This document shows positions 18,015 through 26,677 of a stretch of 32,911 nucleotides of DNA, piece by piece. The notes below the pieces were generated by a model. That model made no database searches. It was not told where the DNA came from and saw only the letters and a program-made list of their open reading frames with translations. The translations under genes and the position numbers were made by a program. Within the stretch, counting starts at the first letter, position 1. Each line of letters opens with the position of its first letter. Location of the stretch: NCBI GenBank assembly GCA_040756235.1, contig JBFLZG010000121.1, positions 1 to 32,911 on the forward strand. The letters run 5' to 3'. The stretch comes from a bacterium. GTDB taxonomy: Bacteria > Desulfobacterota > DSWW01.

Positions 18015-20219
18015 ATGTCGAAGATCATCGCGACAGCAGGGATTCGAGGCGCTCACAAAATCGTGAAGCAGGCCGAGGAGAAGTGGAAGACGGCCATGGA
18101 CAAGTTCGGGGCAGGGCACGAGGTCGCCTTTCCGAACACCGGCTACTACCTGCCCATCATCTACGGCATCACGGGACACGCGGTCAAGAAGCTCGAGGAC
18201 ATGAAGCCGGTCTTCGACAAGTGCAAGGAGCTGCTCCCTCCCATCCCGCAGGAGAAGCATCACCTTCCGTACCTCGGGCCGGCGCTCGACGCGGGCATGG
18301 CCACCTTCTTCGCCGAGGAGTGCGCCGAGGCCATCCGCTACATCGAAGATCCGAGCTTCTACGTGCCGGGCGAGGAGCCGCTGGACGGCCGCCCCTGGCT
18401 GGGCGCCGCCGACGACATCATCCTGAGAAAGCGCGGCGTCGAGTTCGTGGACGGCACGGCCCCGGGCTTTGCCGCGATCCTGGGCGCGGCTCCGGACAAG
18501 GAGACGGCCGCGAAGATCGCCCAGGAGCTGCAGCAGAAGAACCTCTATGTCTTCATGGGCTCCCATGACCACGGCACGAACTTCAGCAAACAGCTCGTCG
18601 AAGCCGGCGTCCAGATCGGCTGGCCGACGCGGCTGGTGCCTTTCGGGCCGGATGTGAGCGCCGCGGTCTTTGCGATCGGCTTCGCCACCCGGGCGGCCAT
18701 GAGCTTCGGCGGCGTCCAGCCGGGCGACTTCACCCGCATCCTCCTTTACAACAAGAACCGCATCTTCGCCTTTGCCCTGACTTTCGGCGAGGTGACCGAC
18801 GAGTGGTACGCCAACGGGCTCGGCTGCGTGAACTACGGCTTCCCGATCATCGCCGACACGCCGATCCCGCAGATCCTGCCGACCGGCGTCTGCACCTACG
18901 AGCACGTGGTCTCCAATGTCCCGTACCATGAGATCGTGAGCAAGGCGATCGAGGTGCGCGGCCTCAAGGTACAGGTCGCGGAGGTTCCGGTTCCGGTCGC
19001 CTACGGGCCGGCCTTCGAGGGCGAGCGCGTCCGCGGCGAGGATATCTACCTGGAGGCGGGAGGCGGCCGGACCCAGGCCGTCGAGCTCGTGCGGATGAAG
19101 GAGATGAACGAGGTCGAGGACGCCAAGGTCGAGGTTCTGGGACCGGACCTGAAGGACGTCCAGCCGCCGGCGAAGCTGCCCCTGGGCGTGCTCGTCGAGG
19201 TGGCCGGGCGCAAGATGCAGGAAGACTTCGAGCCGATCCTGGAGCGGCAGATCCACCACCTGGTGAATTACGCCCAGGGCGTCATGCACATCGGCCAGCG
19301 GGACATCGCCTGGTACCGGGTTGCCAAGCAGGCGGTGGAGAAAGGCTTCAGCCTGTCGCACATCGGCTCCATCCTGCACGCCAAGTTCCATCAGGACTTC
19401 GGCAGCATTCTGGACAAGGTCCAGGTCAAGATCTTCACCGAGAAGGGGGCCGTGGAGGAGCTGACCAAGACCGCCCGGGCGGTCTACAAGAAACGCGACG
19501 AGCGCGTGGAGGGCATGACCGACGAAGGCGAGCAGACCTATTACTCCTGCACCCTGTGCCAGTCCTTCGCGCCGAGTCACGTCTGCGTGATCAGCCCCGA
19601 GAGGACCGGCCTGTGCGGCGCCTACAACTGGATGGACTGCAAGGCCTCCTTCGAGATCAACCCGACCGGCCCCAACCAGCCGATCGAGAAGGGCGACGTC
19701 CTGGACGAGAAGCTGGGCCGCTTCACGGGCATCAACCAGTTCGTCTACAAGGCCTCGCGCCAGAAGATCGAGTCCTACAACCTCTACAGCATCATGCAGG
19801 AGCCGATGACGACCTGCGGATGCTGCGAGTGCATCGCGGCCGTTCTTCCGATCTGCAACGGCATCATGACCGTGGACCGGGATTTCCGGGGAGAGACGCC
19901 GTGCGGCATGAAGTTCACGACCCTGGCCGGCACCATCGGCGGCGGCATCAGCTCGCCGGGATTCGTGGGGCACAGCAAGTACTACATCACCCAGCGCAAG
20001 TTCCTCCGGGCCGACGGCGGCCTCCTCAGGCTCGTTTGGATGCCCAAGCACCTGAAGGATGAGATCATGCCGCGGCTCAAGGCGCGAGCCGAGGAGCTCG
20101 GCATACCGAACCTGCCGGACATGATCGCCGACGAGACCGTGGGCACCACCGAAGAGGAGATCCTGCCGTGGCTGACGGAGAAAGGTCACCCGGCCATCAG
20201 CATGGATCCGATCATGTAG
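18015..20219 (+). CDS. acsB: Acetyl-CoA synthase (ACS) catalytic subunit
   Basis: FPNTGYYLP, AFEGERVR, EPILERQIH, YSCTLCQSFAP.HVC...GLCG, PMTTCGCCEC (A-cluster ligands). Confidence 0.96.
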   Translation: MSKIIATAGIRGAHKIVKQAEEKWKTAMDKFGAGHEVAFPNTGYYLPIIYGITGHAVKKLEDMKPVFDKCKELLPPIPQEKHHLPYLGPALDAGMATFFAEECAEAIRYIEDPSFYVPGEEPLDGRPWLGAADDIILRKRGVEFVDGTAPGFAAILGAAPDKETAAKIAQELQQKNLYVFMGSHDHGTNFSKQLVEAGVQIGWPTRLVPFGPDVSAAVFAIGFATRAAMSFGGVQPGDFTRILLYNKNRIFAFALTFGEVTDEWYANGLGCVNYGFPIIADTPIPQILPTGVCTYEHVVSNVPYHEIVSKAIEVRGLKVQVAEVPVPVAYGPAFEGERVRGEDIYLEAGGGRTQAVELVRMKEMNEVEDAKVEVLGPDLKDVQPPAKLPLGVLVEVAGRKMQEDFEPILERQIHHLVNYAQGVMHIGQRDIAWYRVAKQAVEKGFSLSHIGSILHAKFHQDFGSILDKVQVKIFTEKGAVEELTKTARAVYKKRDERVEGMTDEGEQTYYSCTLCQSFAPSHVCVISPERTGLCGAYNWMDCKASFEINPTGPNQPIEKGDVLDEKLGRFTGINQFVYKASRQKIESYNLYSIMQEPMTTCGCCECIAAVLPICNGIMTVDRDFRGETPCGMKFTTLAGTIGGGISSPGFVGHSKYYITQRKFLRADGGLLRLVWMPKHLKDEIMPRLKARAEELGIPNLPDMIADETVGTTEEEILPWLTEKGHPAISMDPIM

Positions 20220-20284
20220 GAAGAACGTCTACCGCCCGAGGCTCCGGCCGGGAGCCGCGGGCGTCTCAAGAAGGAGATTCAGGG

Positions 20285-21631
20285 ATGGCCATGACGGGAA
20301 TTGAAATATTCAAGCTGTTGCCGAAGACCAACTGCAAGGAATGCGGCTTCCCCACCTGCCTGGCCTTTGCCATGGCCCTGGCCTCGGGCAAGACCGAGCT
20401 TGCCAAGTGCCCCCATGTTTCGGAAGAGGCGAAGGCGAAGCTCGCCGAGTCTTCGGCGCCGCCCATCCGCACCGTTCAGATCGGGGCGGGTGAGAAGGCG
20501 CTCAAGGTGGGAGGAGAGCTGGTCCTGTTCCGCCACGAGAAGACCTTTTACAACCCTGCCGGATTGGGCGTCCTCGTGACCGATACCATGGACGCGGCCG
20601 AGGTCGAGGGCAAGATCGATCGATTGAACAAGCTCGTCTACGAGCGGGTGGGGCTCATGCTCGAGCCCAACTTCGCGGCCTGCAAATGCGCCTCCGGGGA
20701 CGCGGGTAGATTCGAAGCCTTCGTGAAGAAAGTCCGGGGAATGACCTCGCGGAGCCTGGTCGTCATGGCGGACAACATGGCGGCCCTGAAGGCTGCGGTC
20801 ATGGCCGTGAAGGACGCCAAGCCGCTGATTTACGCGGCCACGAGCGCCAACGCGGACGAAGCCGCCGCTCTCGCCAAGGAATCGGGCTGCCCTCTGGCGG
20901 TGAGGGGAGCCAACCTGGACGAAGTCGCCGCGCTCACGGACAAGCTCTCCAAGGCAGGTCTGAAGGACCTGGTCATCGATTCGGGCGCCAGGGACATGAA
21001 GACCCTGCTCCAGGACCAGGTCGCCATCCGGCGCCTCGCTCTCGAGAAGAAGTTCGCGGCGCTCGGTTTCCCGACCATCACCTTCCCGTGCGAGATGACC
21101 GGCGATCCGATGATGGAGACCCTGTACGCCTCCACCATGGTCAACAAGTATGGAGGCCTCATCGTGCTGGGCAACCTCGAGGGGCACAATCTGTTCCCGC
21201 TGCTCGTCAAACGGCTGAACATCTACACGGACCCGCAGCGGCCGATGGCCACCAAGGAAGGCATCTACGAGATCAATTCCCCCAACGAGAATTCACCGGT
21301 CCTCATTTCGACCAACTTCTCCCTCACCTACTTCATCGTTTCCGGCGAGATCGAGTCCAGCCGGGTGCCTTCCTGGCTGCTCATCCTGAACACCGAGGGG
21401 CTGTCCGTCATGACCGCGTGGGCGGCCGGCAAGTTCGCCGCCGACGCGATCGGGATCTTCGTCAAGAAGAGCGGGATCGCCGACAAGGTGAAGGCGAAGC
21501 GGATCGTCATTCCGGGTTATGCGGCCGGCATGAGCGGCGAGCTGGAAGAGGAGCTGCCCGGCTGGGAGATCCTGATCGGCCCCAGGGAGGCGGCACACAT
21601 TCCGCCGTTCTTGAGAGAAAGATACGCTTAG
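20285..21631 (+). CDS. acsC: Corrinoid iron-sulfur protein large subunit (ACDS gamma)
   Basis: LPKTNCKECGFPTCLAFAM...CP, FRHEKTF, IYTDPQRP, TNFSLTY, GLSVMTAWAAGKF. AAGGAG RBS. Confidence 0.96.
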   Translation: MAMTGIEIFKLLPKTNCKECGFPTCLAFAMALASGKTELAKCPHVSEEAKAKLAESSAPPIRTVQIGAGEKALKVGGELVLFRHEKTFYNPAGLGVLVTDTMDAAEVEGKIDRLNKLVYERVGLMLEPNFAACKCASGDAGRFEAFVKKVRGMTSRSLVVMADNMAALKAAVMAVKDAKPLIYAATSANADEAAALAKESGCPLAVRGANLDEVAALTDKLSKAGLKDLVIDSGARDMKTLLQDQVAIRRLALEKKFAALGFPTITFPCEMTGDPMMETLYASTMVNKYGGLIVLGNLEGHNLFPLLVKRLNIYTDPQRPMATKEGIYEINSPNENSPVLISTNFSLTYFIVSGEIESSRVPSWLLILNTEGLSVMTAWAAGKFAADAIGIFVKKSGIADKVKAKRIVIPGYAAGMSGELEEELPGWEILIGPREAAHIPPFLRERYA

Positions 21632-21714
21632 AGAGATGGAACGCTCCGGGCAGTCCCGCAGCAGCGGATCCCGCGCGGGGCTCGCTCCGGAGCACCGGAA
21701 CCGGGGAGGCGAAG

Positions 21715-22614
21715 ATGCCAAAGTATGTTTACCTGACAGGCGAAAACCTGAACGTCATGTCCAAGAAGCTCGGGCCTGCCATGAAGAACCGTGAGGCCGG
21801 CCCCATCCGCCAGATGGCCGAGCAGCAGACGGAAGCGGGCGTCGATTTCATCGATCTCAACATCGGCCCTGCCCGAAAGGGCGGCGCGGAGTTGATGGAC
21901 TGGATCGTGAAGACGGTCCAGGAGGTCACCGATCTGCCTCTGTTCCTGGACACGAGCAACGTGGAGGCCATCGAGGCCGGGCTCAAGGTCTACAAGCCGA
22001 AGAAGGGAAAAGCGATCATCAACTCGGTCATGGCCCGGCAGGAACGGATGGATGCGCTGATCCCGCTTGCGGCGAAGTACGGGGCCGGGATGGTGGCGCT
22101 TCTGTGGGGGCCGGAGGGCATGCCCCGCGACACGGACGAGCGCGCCATGTACGCCTCGCAGCTTTACATGGCGGCAACGGAGGCCGGCATCGCACCCGAG
22201 GACATTTACGTCGATCCGATCATCACGCCGGTCAACGTCCAGCAGGAGCAGCTGAAGCACTGCCTGGAATTCTACAGGAACCAGCAGGACCTCGCTCCGG
22301 GGTGCCGGTCCACGAACGGCCTTTCAAACGTCTCCAACGGGGCGCCGGATCATCTCCGGCCGATCCTGAACCAGACCTTCCTCATGATGCTGATGCAATG
22401 CGGCGTGGAGGGGGCGATCGTGGACGCCTTCGACAAGGATCTCCAGGACATCGCGAGGGCCAAGAAGGCCGCCGCCTTCGATCTGATAGGCAAGCTCATG
22501 AGGGGTGAGCCGGTCGAGCCTTCCAAGCTGTCCAAGGAAGAGCTGGACTACTACAAGACCGCCAACGTGCTGCTGGGCAAGTCGCTGTACTCGGATTCGT
22601 GGCTGGAGCTTTGA
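21715..22614 (+). CDS. acsE: Methyl-THF:corrinoid Fe-S protein methyltransferase (pterin-binding TIM barrel)
   Basis: GENLN, IDLNIG, LFLDTSN.EAIEAGL, IINS, YVDP, GLSNVSNG, AIVD. GGAGG before ATG 21715. Located after acsC. Confidence 0.9.
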   Translation: MPKYVYLTGENLNVMSKKLGPAMKNREAGPIRQMAEQQTEAGVDFIDLNIGPARKGGAELMDWIVKTVQEVTDLPLFLDTSNVEAIEAGLKVYKPKKGKAIINSVMARQERMDALIPLAAKYGAGMVALLWGPEGMPRDTDERAMYASQLYMAATEAGIAPEDIYVDPIITPVNVQQEQLKHCLEFYRNQQDLAPGCRSTNGLSNVSNGAPDHLRPILNQTFLMMLMQCGVEGAIVDAFDKDLQDIARAKKAAAFDLIGKLMRGEPVEPSKLSKEELDYYKTANVLLGKSLYSDSWLEL

Positions 22615-22656
22615 GCCGTCGCCCGGGAACACTTGGGCGAATGTAGCATGATCAGG

Positions 22657-22690
22657 AGGGGGCAGTGCGGTGCTGCCCCCTTTGTGCTTT
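22657..22690 (+). terminator. Putative intrinsic terminator after acsE
   Basis: AGGGGGCAG/CTGCCCCCT stem followed by TTGTGCTTT. Confidence 0.6.
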
Positions 22691-22707
22691 CGTCTCGGGG
22701 AGGCGCG

Positions 22708-23358
22708 ATGCCGACGCGGCAAGATTTCGAAATGGCGCTGGGGCTGGCCGAGGAGGCCTTTCGGAGGCAGGACCCCTTCGAGCAGGCGCGAAAGGCAGGC
22801 GTGCGGTGGGTTCCGCAGCCCGGGGAGAAGGCAAGCTCCGGCCGTGCCGAGGTTCCGTTCCTGGGAACTGTCTACACGGTGAGGGGGCCGGGAGGGAAGG
22901 TGGGCTATCAGGGTGAGGAAAGCTCGAGCAGGGAGCCTGCACTATGGGAATCGATCCTCATTCTGCACTACTTCAACACCGCTGACGGTAAGCCCCTGGT
23001 CAACGAGCACATCAGCTTCAAGGAAATCCCCGATGGCAGGCTCTACCAGCCCAACTTCGAAAAGCGGGCCGTCGCCCCGCTCCTCGCCGCTTTCGGGAAA
23101 GACCCGGCGGGAATCGTGGAGTGCTCGAAGCCGCTCGGCGCGCGTACGGCCGCTCTGGGGGACGTTTCGATCACCGTTCCGGTCTTTCCCCGTGTCCCGG
23201 TCACCCTCGTCTTCTGGAGGGGGGACGCGGAGTTCCCGGCCCGGCTGACCATCCTCTTCGACAAGTCGATACCGGACTACCTGCCGACAGAGGACATGGT
23301 GCTCTCGAGCCAGATGCTGGCGTTCAGGCTCGCCGGTCTTGCCAAAGGAAAATGCTAG
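22708..23358 (+). CDS. DUF3786-family protein (commonly near corrinoid methyltransferase/ACS genes)
   Basis: ILILHY, ISFKEIPDG..Y...F, FPRVPV...W.GD.EFP....LFD, LPTED. GGAGG before ATG 22708. Confidence 0.8.
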   Translation: MPTRQDFEMALGLAEEAFRRQDPFEQARKAGVRWVPQPGEKASSGRAEVPFLGTVYTVRGPGGKVGYQGEESSSREPALWESILILHYFNTADGKPLVNEHISFKEIPDGRLYQPNFEKRAVAPLLAAFGKDPAGIVECSKPLGARTAALGDVSITVPVFPRVPVTLVFWRGDAEFPARLTILFDKSIPDYLPTEDMVLSSQMLAFRLAGLAKGKC

Positions 23359-23360
23359 TC

Positions 23361-23572
23361 TAGAGCCTGTCCCAACAGGCTCTAATTCAGAGGCTGTTCA
23401 GAAATGCCCAGATGCAAGGCGCACGACAATTCCGCAGGACAGCGGAATTGGACGCATGATCCGTCAGGATGATGCGCCCGGAGGGCGAGCGCCATGGACG
23501 GCGCGAGTCAAATCCTGAGGAACGAGGCGTACATGGCAGTACGCCGCAGATGGGCGTTTTGGGACAGCCTCT
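23361..23572 (+). repeat. Structured intergenic element, copy 2 (leader hairpin 23361-23384; core 23389-23572), flanked by CTAGTCTAG direct repeats
   Basis: AGAGGCTGTT..AAATGCCCAGATGCAAGGC..TCCTGAGGAACGAGGCGTACATGGCAGTACGCCGCAGATGGGCGTTT..ACAGCCTCT. Confidence 0.9.
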
Positions 23573-23897
23573 AGTCTAGGGAGAGTAGCTTGAAGCTGAG
23601 GACGATCCAGCCCACAATGAAGAGAAGCCCCAGCAGGCGCAGTTGGCGGCTGTGACTGATCTCCTGGATGGCCTCCATTCCGGAGCTGCCCGGGTTCTGT
23701 CCCTCCGGCCATTCCTGGATCCGGTACTTCGGTGCCGGCGCTCCGCCGGACGGCTGCTCCTGAGATGCCGGGCCGGGTGCGACGACGTCCGAGGCAGAGG
23801 TGCCGCTCTCCGGGAAATCGGTCGTGCCGCTGAGCGACAGCAGCATGCAGAGCACGAGGACGCAGACCGCGGAGAGCGTGAAGAACTTCGTGGACAT
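23571..23897 (-). CDS. Hypothetical protein with N-terminal signal/TM segment and C-terminal TM helix
   Basis: Hydrophobic N-terminus (FFTLSAVCVLVLCMLLSL), low-complexity middle, C-terminal LLGLLFIVGWIVLSF. AGAGG upstream. No family recognised. Confidence 0.6.
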   Translation of the reverse strand: MSTKFFTLSAVCVLVLCMLLSLSGTTDFPESGTSASDVVAPGPASQEQPSGGAPAPKYRIQEWPEGQNPGSSGMEAIQEISHSRQLRLLGLLFIVGWIVLSFKLLSLD

Positions 23898-24141
23898 GAG
23901 AGCCTCTTGGAAGCGGGCACCGGTTGTGGTTCAGACGAGCCCTCGATCTTGCCGACTGCGGGAGACGTACTCCGCGGCTGCAAGGGCCATGCCCGGAGCT
24001 CCGGAAGCATCGGTCGATGCGATTAAGTAGCTGAATCGCCGTGTCAATTTTGCATCATCCGGATACCGGAGCCGGGCCGTTCGCGGGCCCCGTCGGTTGA
24101 CAATTTCGGTTGTGAGCTTGAAAAGCTTTCAGACTGTTTGG

Positions 24142-24292
24142 AGAGGGTGTTGAAAAACACCCTCTTGGAGGCTGGTGAGAAATGGCCAGATGCAGGGCAG
24201 ACGAAGTCCTGAGGAACGAGGCGTACATGGCAGTACGCCGCAGTGACGAAGGACGAGCCGAACGCCGCAGATGGCCGTCTATCGACAGCCTC
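24142..24292 (+). repeat. Structured intergenic element, copy 3 (leader hairpin 24142-24165; core 24168-24292, shortest and apparently insertion-free)
   Basis: GAGGCTG..ATGGCCAGATGC..GAAGTCCTGAGGAACGAGGCGTACATGGCAGTACGCCGCAGTGACGAAGGACGAGCCGAACGCCGCAGATGGCCGT..CAGCCTC. Confidence 0.9.
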
Positions 24293-24309
24293 TTGAGAGA
24301 GGGACATCG

Positions 24310-25098
24310 ATGAAGCTCGCCATCAGCGGCAAAGGGGGCGTGGGGAAGACGACCCTGACGGCGTTGCTCGCGCACGCCTTTTCCCGCAGAGGATACCGGG
24401 TCCTGGCCATCGACGCCGATCCGGACGCCAACCTCGCAGCGGCCCTGGGGCATCCGCATCCCGAGGCGATCCACCCGATCGCGGAGATGGGAGAGCTCGT
24501 CGAAGAGCGCACGGGTGCCAAGCCGGGTTCGGTCGGCGGGGTCTTCCGCCTGAACCCCAGGGTGGACGATCTTCCGGACAAGCTCAGCGGCCGGGTCAAC
24601 GGCATCCGCATCATGCGCATGGGCACGATCAAGCGGGGCGGCGGCGGATGTGCCTGTCCGGAAAGCACGCTGCTGCGGGCCCTGGTCCAGCACCTGCTGA
24701 TCGAGCGCCAGGATGTCGTCCTGATGGACATGGAGGCAGGTATCGAGCACCTGGGACGGGGGACCTCCGGCTTCGTGGACTGGCTCATCGTCGTCGTCGA
24801 GCCGGGCAGGCGGAGCGTGGAGACCGCCGAGAAGATTCGGGAGCTGGCTCGGCACATCCATCTGCACAAGATCGCTGCGGTCGGCAACAAGATCCGAGGC
24901 CCGGAGGACGAGGTATACCTGCGGGCTCAGCTCGGGGACATCCCGCTCGTCGGTTTCCTGCCGTTCCGGGAGGCGCTCATCCGGGCCGACATGGAATCCA
25001 GGCCTGCTTTCGAGGGAGCCGATGATCTCGTGGCACTCGCGGAGCAGATGATCGAACGGCTGATCGGCGAGACGGCGACGTCGGGGCAGGCGGTTTGA
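24310..25098 (+). CDS. cooC: CooC-family nickel-insertion ATPase (CODH maturation type)
   Basis: MKLAISGKGGVGKT, IDADPDANL, F.LNP.VDD.P, GGGGCACPE, DMEAGIEHLGRGT. Confidence 0.9.
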   Translation: MKLAISGKGGVGKTTLTALLAHAFSRRGYRVLAIDADPDANLAAALGHPHPEAIHPIAEMGELVEERTGAKPGSVGGVFRLNPRVDDLPDKLSGRVNGIRIMRMGTIKRGGGGCACPESTLLRALVQHLLIERQDVVLMDMEAGIEHLGRGTSGFVDWLIVVVEPGRRSVETAEKIRELARHIHLHKIAAVGNKIRGPEDEVYLRAQLGDIPLVGFLPFREALIRADMESRPAFEGADDLVALAEQMIERLIGETATSGQAV

Positions 25099-25108
25099 TC
25101 TTCGTCGG

Positions 25109-25300
25109 CTAGAGCTCTTCCTTGAGAATGATCTTGTGATCCATGAAGCGGATCTCTTCGACCCGCCCCCGGATTCTGACCTCGTCGCCGAACAGGTTCT
25201 TGAGAACGATGGAACCCGCCTCCGGTTTGAGCAAGGTCACGTCGTCCAGCACTTTTTCTTCTCTGCCGTTGCGCAACACGTAAGCGTGGGATTCGCACAT
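25109..25300 (-). CDS. cooT: CooT-family nickel-binding protein
   Basis: 63 aa, N-terminal MCE, C-terminal ...F..HKIIL. GGAGG RBS. Convergent with cooC. Confidence 0.85.
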   Translation of the reverse strand: MCESHAYVLRNGREEKVLDDVTLLKPEAGSIVLKNLFGDEVRIRGRVEEIRFMDHKIILKEEL

Positions 25301-25367
25301 TCTGTCTCTTACCTCCAGGAATGGCAGCGCGTCATCCGGCCTTGGCCACCGGGCCCGCCACACTCTT

Positions 25368-25416
25368 GTAGGGGCGCTGCTTGCTGCGCCGCAGATGGGC
25401 ATTCATGGACAGCCTC
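25368..25416 (+). repeat. GTAG-type REP-like hairpin fused to the 3' fragment of the structured element (copy 5)
   Basis: GTAGGGGCGCTGCTTGCTGCGCC (25368-25390) overlaps CGCCGCAGATGGGC..GGACAGCCTC (25387-25416), followed by CTAG. Confidence 0.75.
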
Positions 25417-26667
25417 CTAGTGCTTGAAGCAGCGCTGGCCCGTATACACCATGGTCGCTCCGTACTCGTTGCAGGCTTCGATGCTTTCCGCGTCCCGCTC
25501 CGATCCGCCGGGCTGGATCACCGCCCGCACCCCCTCCCGAAGACCCACTTCGATCCCGTCCCGGAACGGGAAGAAGGCGTCGCTCACCATGACTGAGCCG
25601 GGGAGGCCGCCCTTTGCCTTCTTCACGCGCTCGAGGATCTCCCGGCGGACACCCTCGTCCTTCAGGTCGTTGAAGGGCTTCCGGTGCTCCTCGAAACAGA
25701 TCCGGTCCGCCATCTTCCGATAGGCCTTGTCGCGGGCGATTTCGGCCACCCCGACCCGGTCCTGTTCGCCCGTGCCGATGCCCACGGTGACCCGGTCCTT
25801 GACGTAGATGACGGAGTTCGAGCTCACACCCAACTCGACCCACCAACCGAAGAGCATGTCCCGGTACTCGTCCTCGGTGGGGTTCCTGAGGACCCTGTAC
25901 TCCTTTCCCTGGTAGGTGCAGGAGGCCGTCTGCAGATCCTCCTTGCCGCGCACCCGTGACTCGTAGGAGGCTTGGACCACGATGCCTCCGTCGGTCAGGC
26001 TCTTGAAGTCCAGGAAGCGGAAGGAAACGAACTGCTCGAGACGCTCCATGTTGCGGATCCTGAGGACCCGGAGGCTCGGCTTCCTGGCGAACCGGTCCAG
26101 CACCCCGGCTTCGTACTCCGGCGCAACCACGACCTCGGCATAGTGGGAAGCGATCGCCTCGGCCGTTGATGGGTCCACGGCCCTGTTGAGCGCGATGCAG
26201 CCGCCGAAGGCCGCCACGCGGTCCGCCAGATCCGCCCTGAGATACGCTTCTTCGAGGGTCCCGGCCTGGGCCACCCCGCACGGGTTGTTGTGCTTCATGA
26301 TGGCAACGGTGGGCGCATCGTGCAAGTATCGCAGGATGTTGAGGGCGTTGTCGGCATCGGTCAGGTTGATCTTGCCCGGGTGTTTTCCCGACTGGAGGAT
26401 CTCCGCATCGGACGAGAGATAGCGGCCGTACCGGAGCGTTGTGACGTCGCCCAGCACCAGGTTGGCGTTGAGCGGGCGGTACAGGGCCGCGGGCTGTCCC
26501 GGGTTCTCTCCGTACCGCAAACCCTTGCGCTCTCCTCCGATGTCCCAGGTGACCTTTTCATAGGCGAGCGTCCGCCTCTCGCCGCCCTCGGCGAAAGAAA
26601 TCTCCATGCCTTCCGGGAAGTCTTCCTTCGCAAAAGTCCTGTATGCTTTCTTCAGGTCTTCGGCCAT
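25417..26667 (-). CDS. purH: AICAR transformylase domain of PurH (stand-alone C-terminal part)
   Basis: LRYGENPGQPAALY, MKHNNPCGVA, AFGG.IALNR, SNS, GIGTGE.DRV, SDAFFPFRDG, QPGGS.RD, G.R.FKH. Confidence 0.9.
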   Translation of the reverse strand: MAEDLKKAYRTFAKEDFPEGMEISFAEGGERRTLAYEKVTWDIGGERKGLRYGENPGQPAALYRPLNANLVLGDVTTLRYGRYLSSDAEILQSGKHPGKINLTDADNALNILRYLHDAPTVAIMKHNNPCGVAQAGTLEEAYLRADLADRVAAFGGCIALNRAVDPSTAEAIASHYAEVVVAPEYEAGVLDRFARKPSLRVLRIRNMERLEQFVSFRFLDFKSLTDGGIVVQASYESRVRGKEDLQTASCTYQGKEYRVLRNPTEDEYRDMLFGWWVELGVSSNSVIYVKDRVTVGIGTGEQDRVGVAEIARDKAYRKMADRICFEEHRKPFNDLKDEGVRREILERVKKAKGGLPGSVMVSDAFFPFRDGIEVGLREGVRAVIQPGGSERDAESIEACNEYGATMVYTGQRCFKH

Positions 26668-26677
26668 CGAGAGATCC

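Noticed and set aside
24042..24103. Two divergent TTGACA hexamers (24047 on -, 24098 on +)
   Set aside because: No acceptable -10 box at 16-18 nt spacing, so not called as promoters.
24205..24255. CTGAGGA ... CGAAG in the element resembling a hammerhead core (CUGANGA...GAAA)
   Set aside because: There is no GAAA, the flanks pair with each other instead of forming a three-way junction, and copy 4 has CTGAGAA.
24271..24309. N-terminal extension MAVYRQPL of cooC, and short ORFs overlapping the elements (14936-15211, 24044-24307, 27351-27614)
   Set aside because: These are translations of the repeat itself; the family-typical start MKLAISGKGG begins at 24310.
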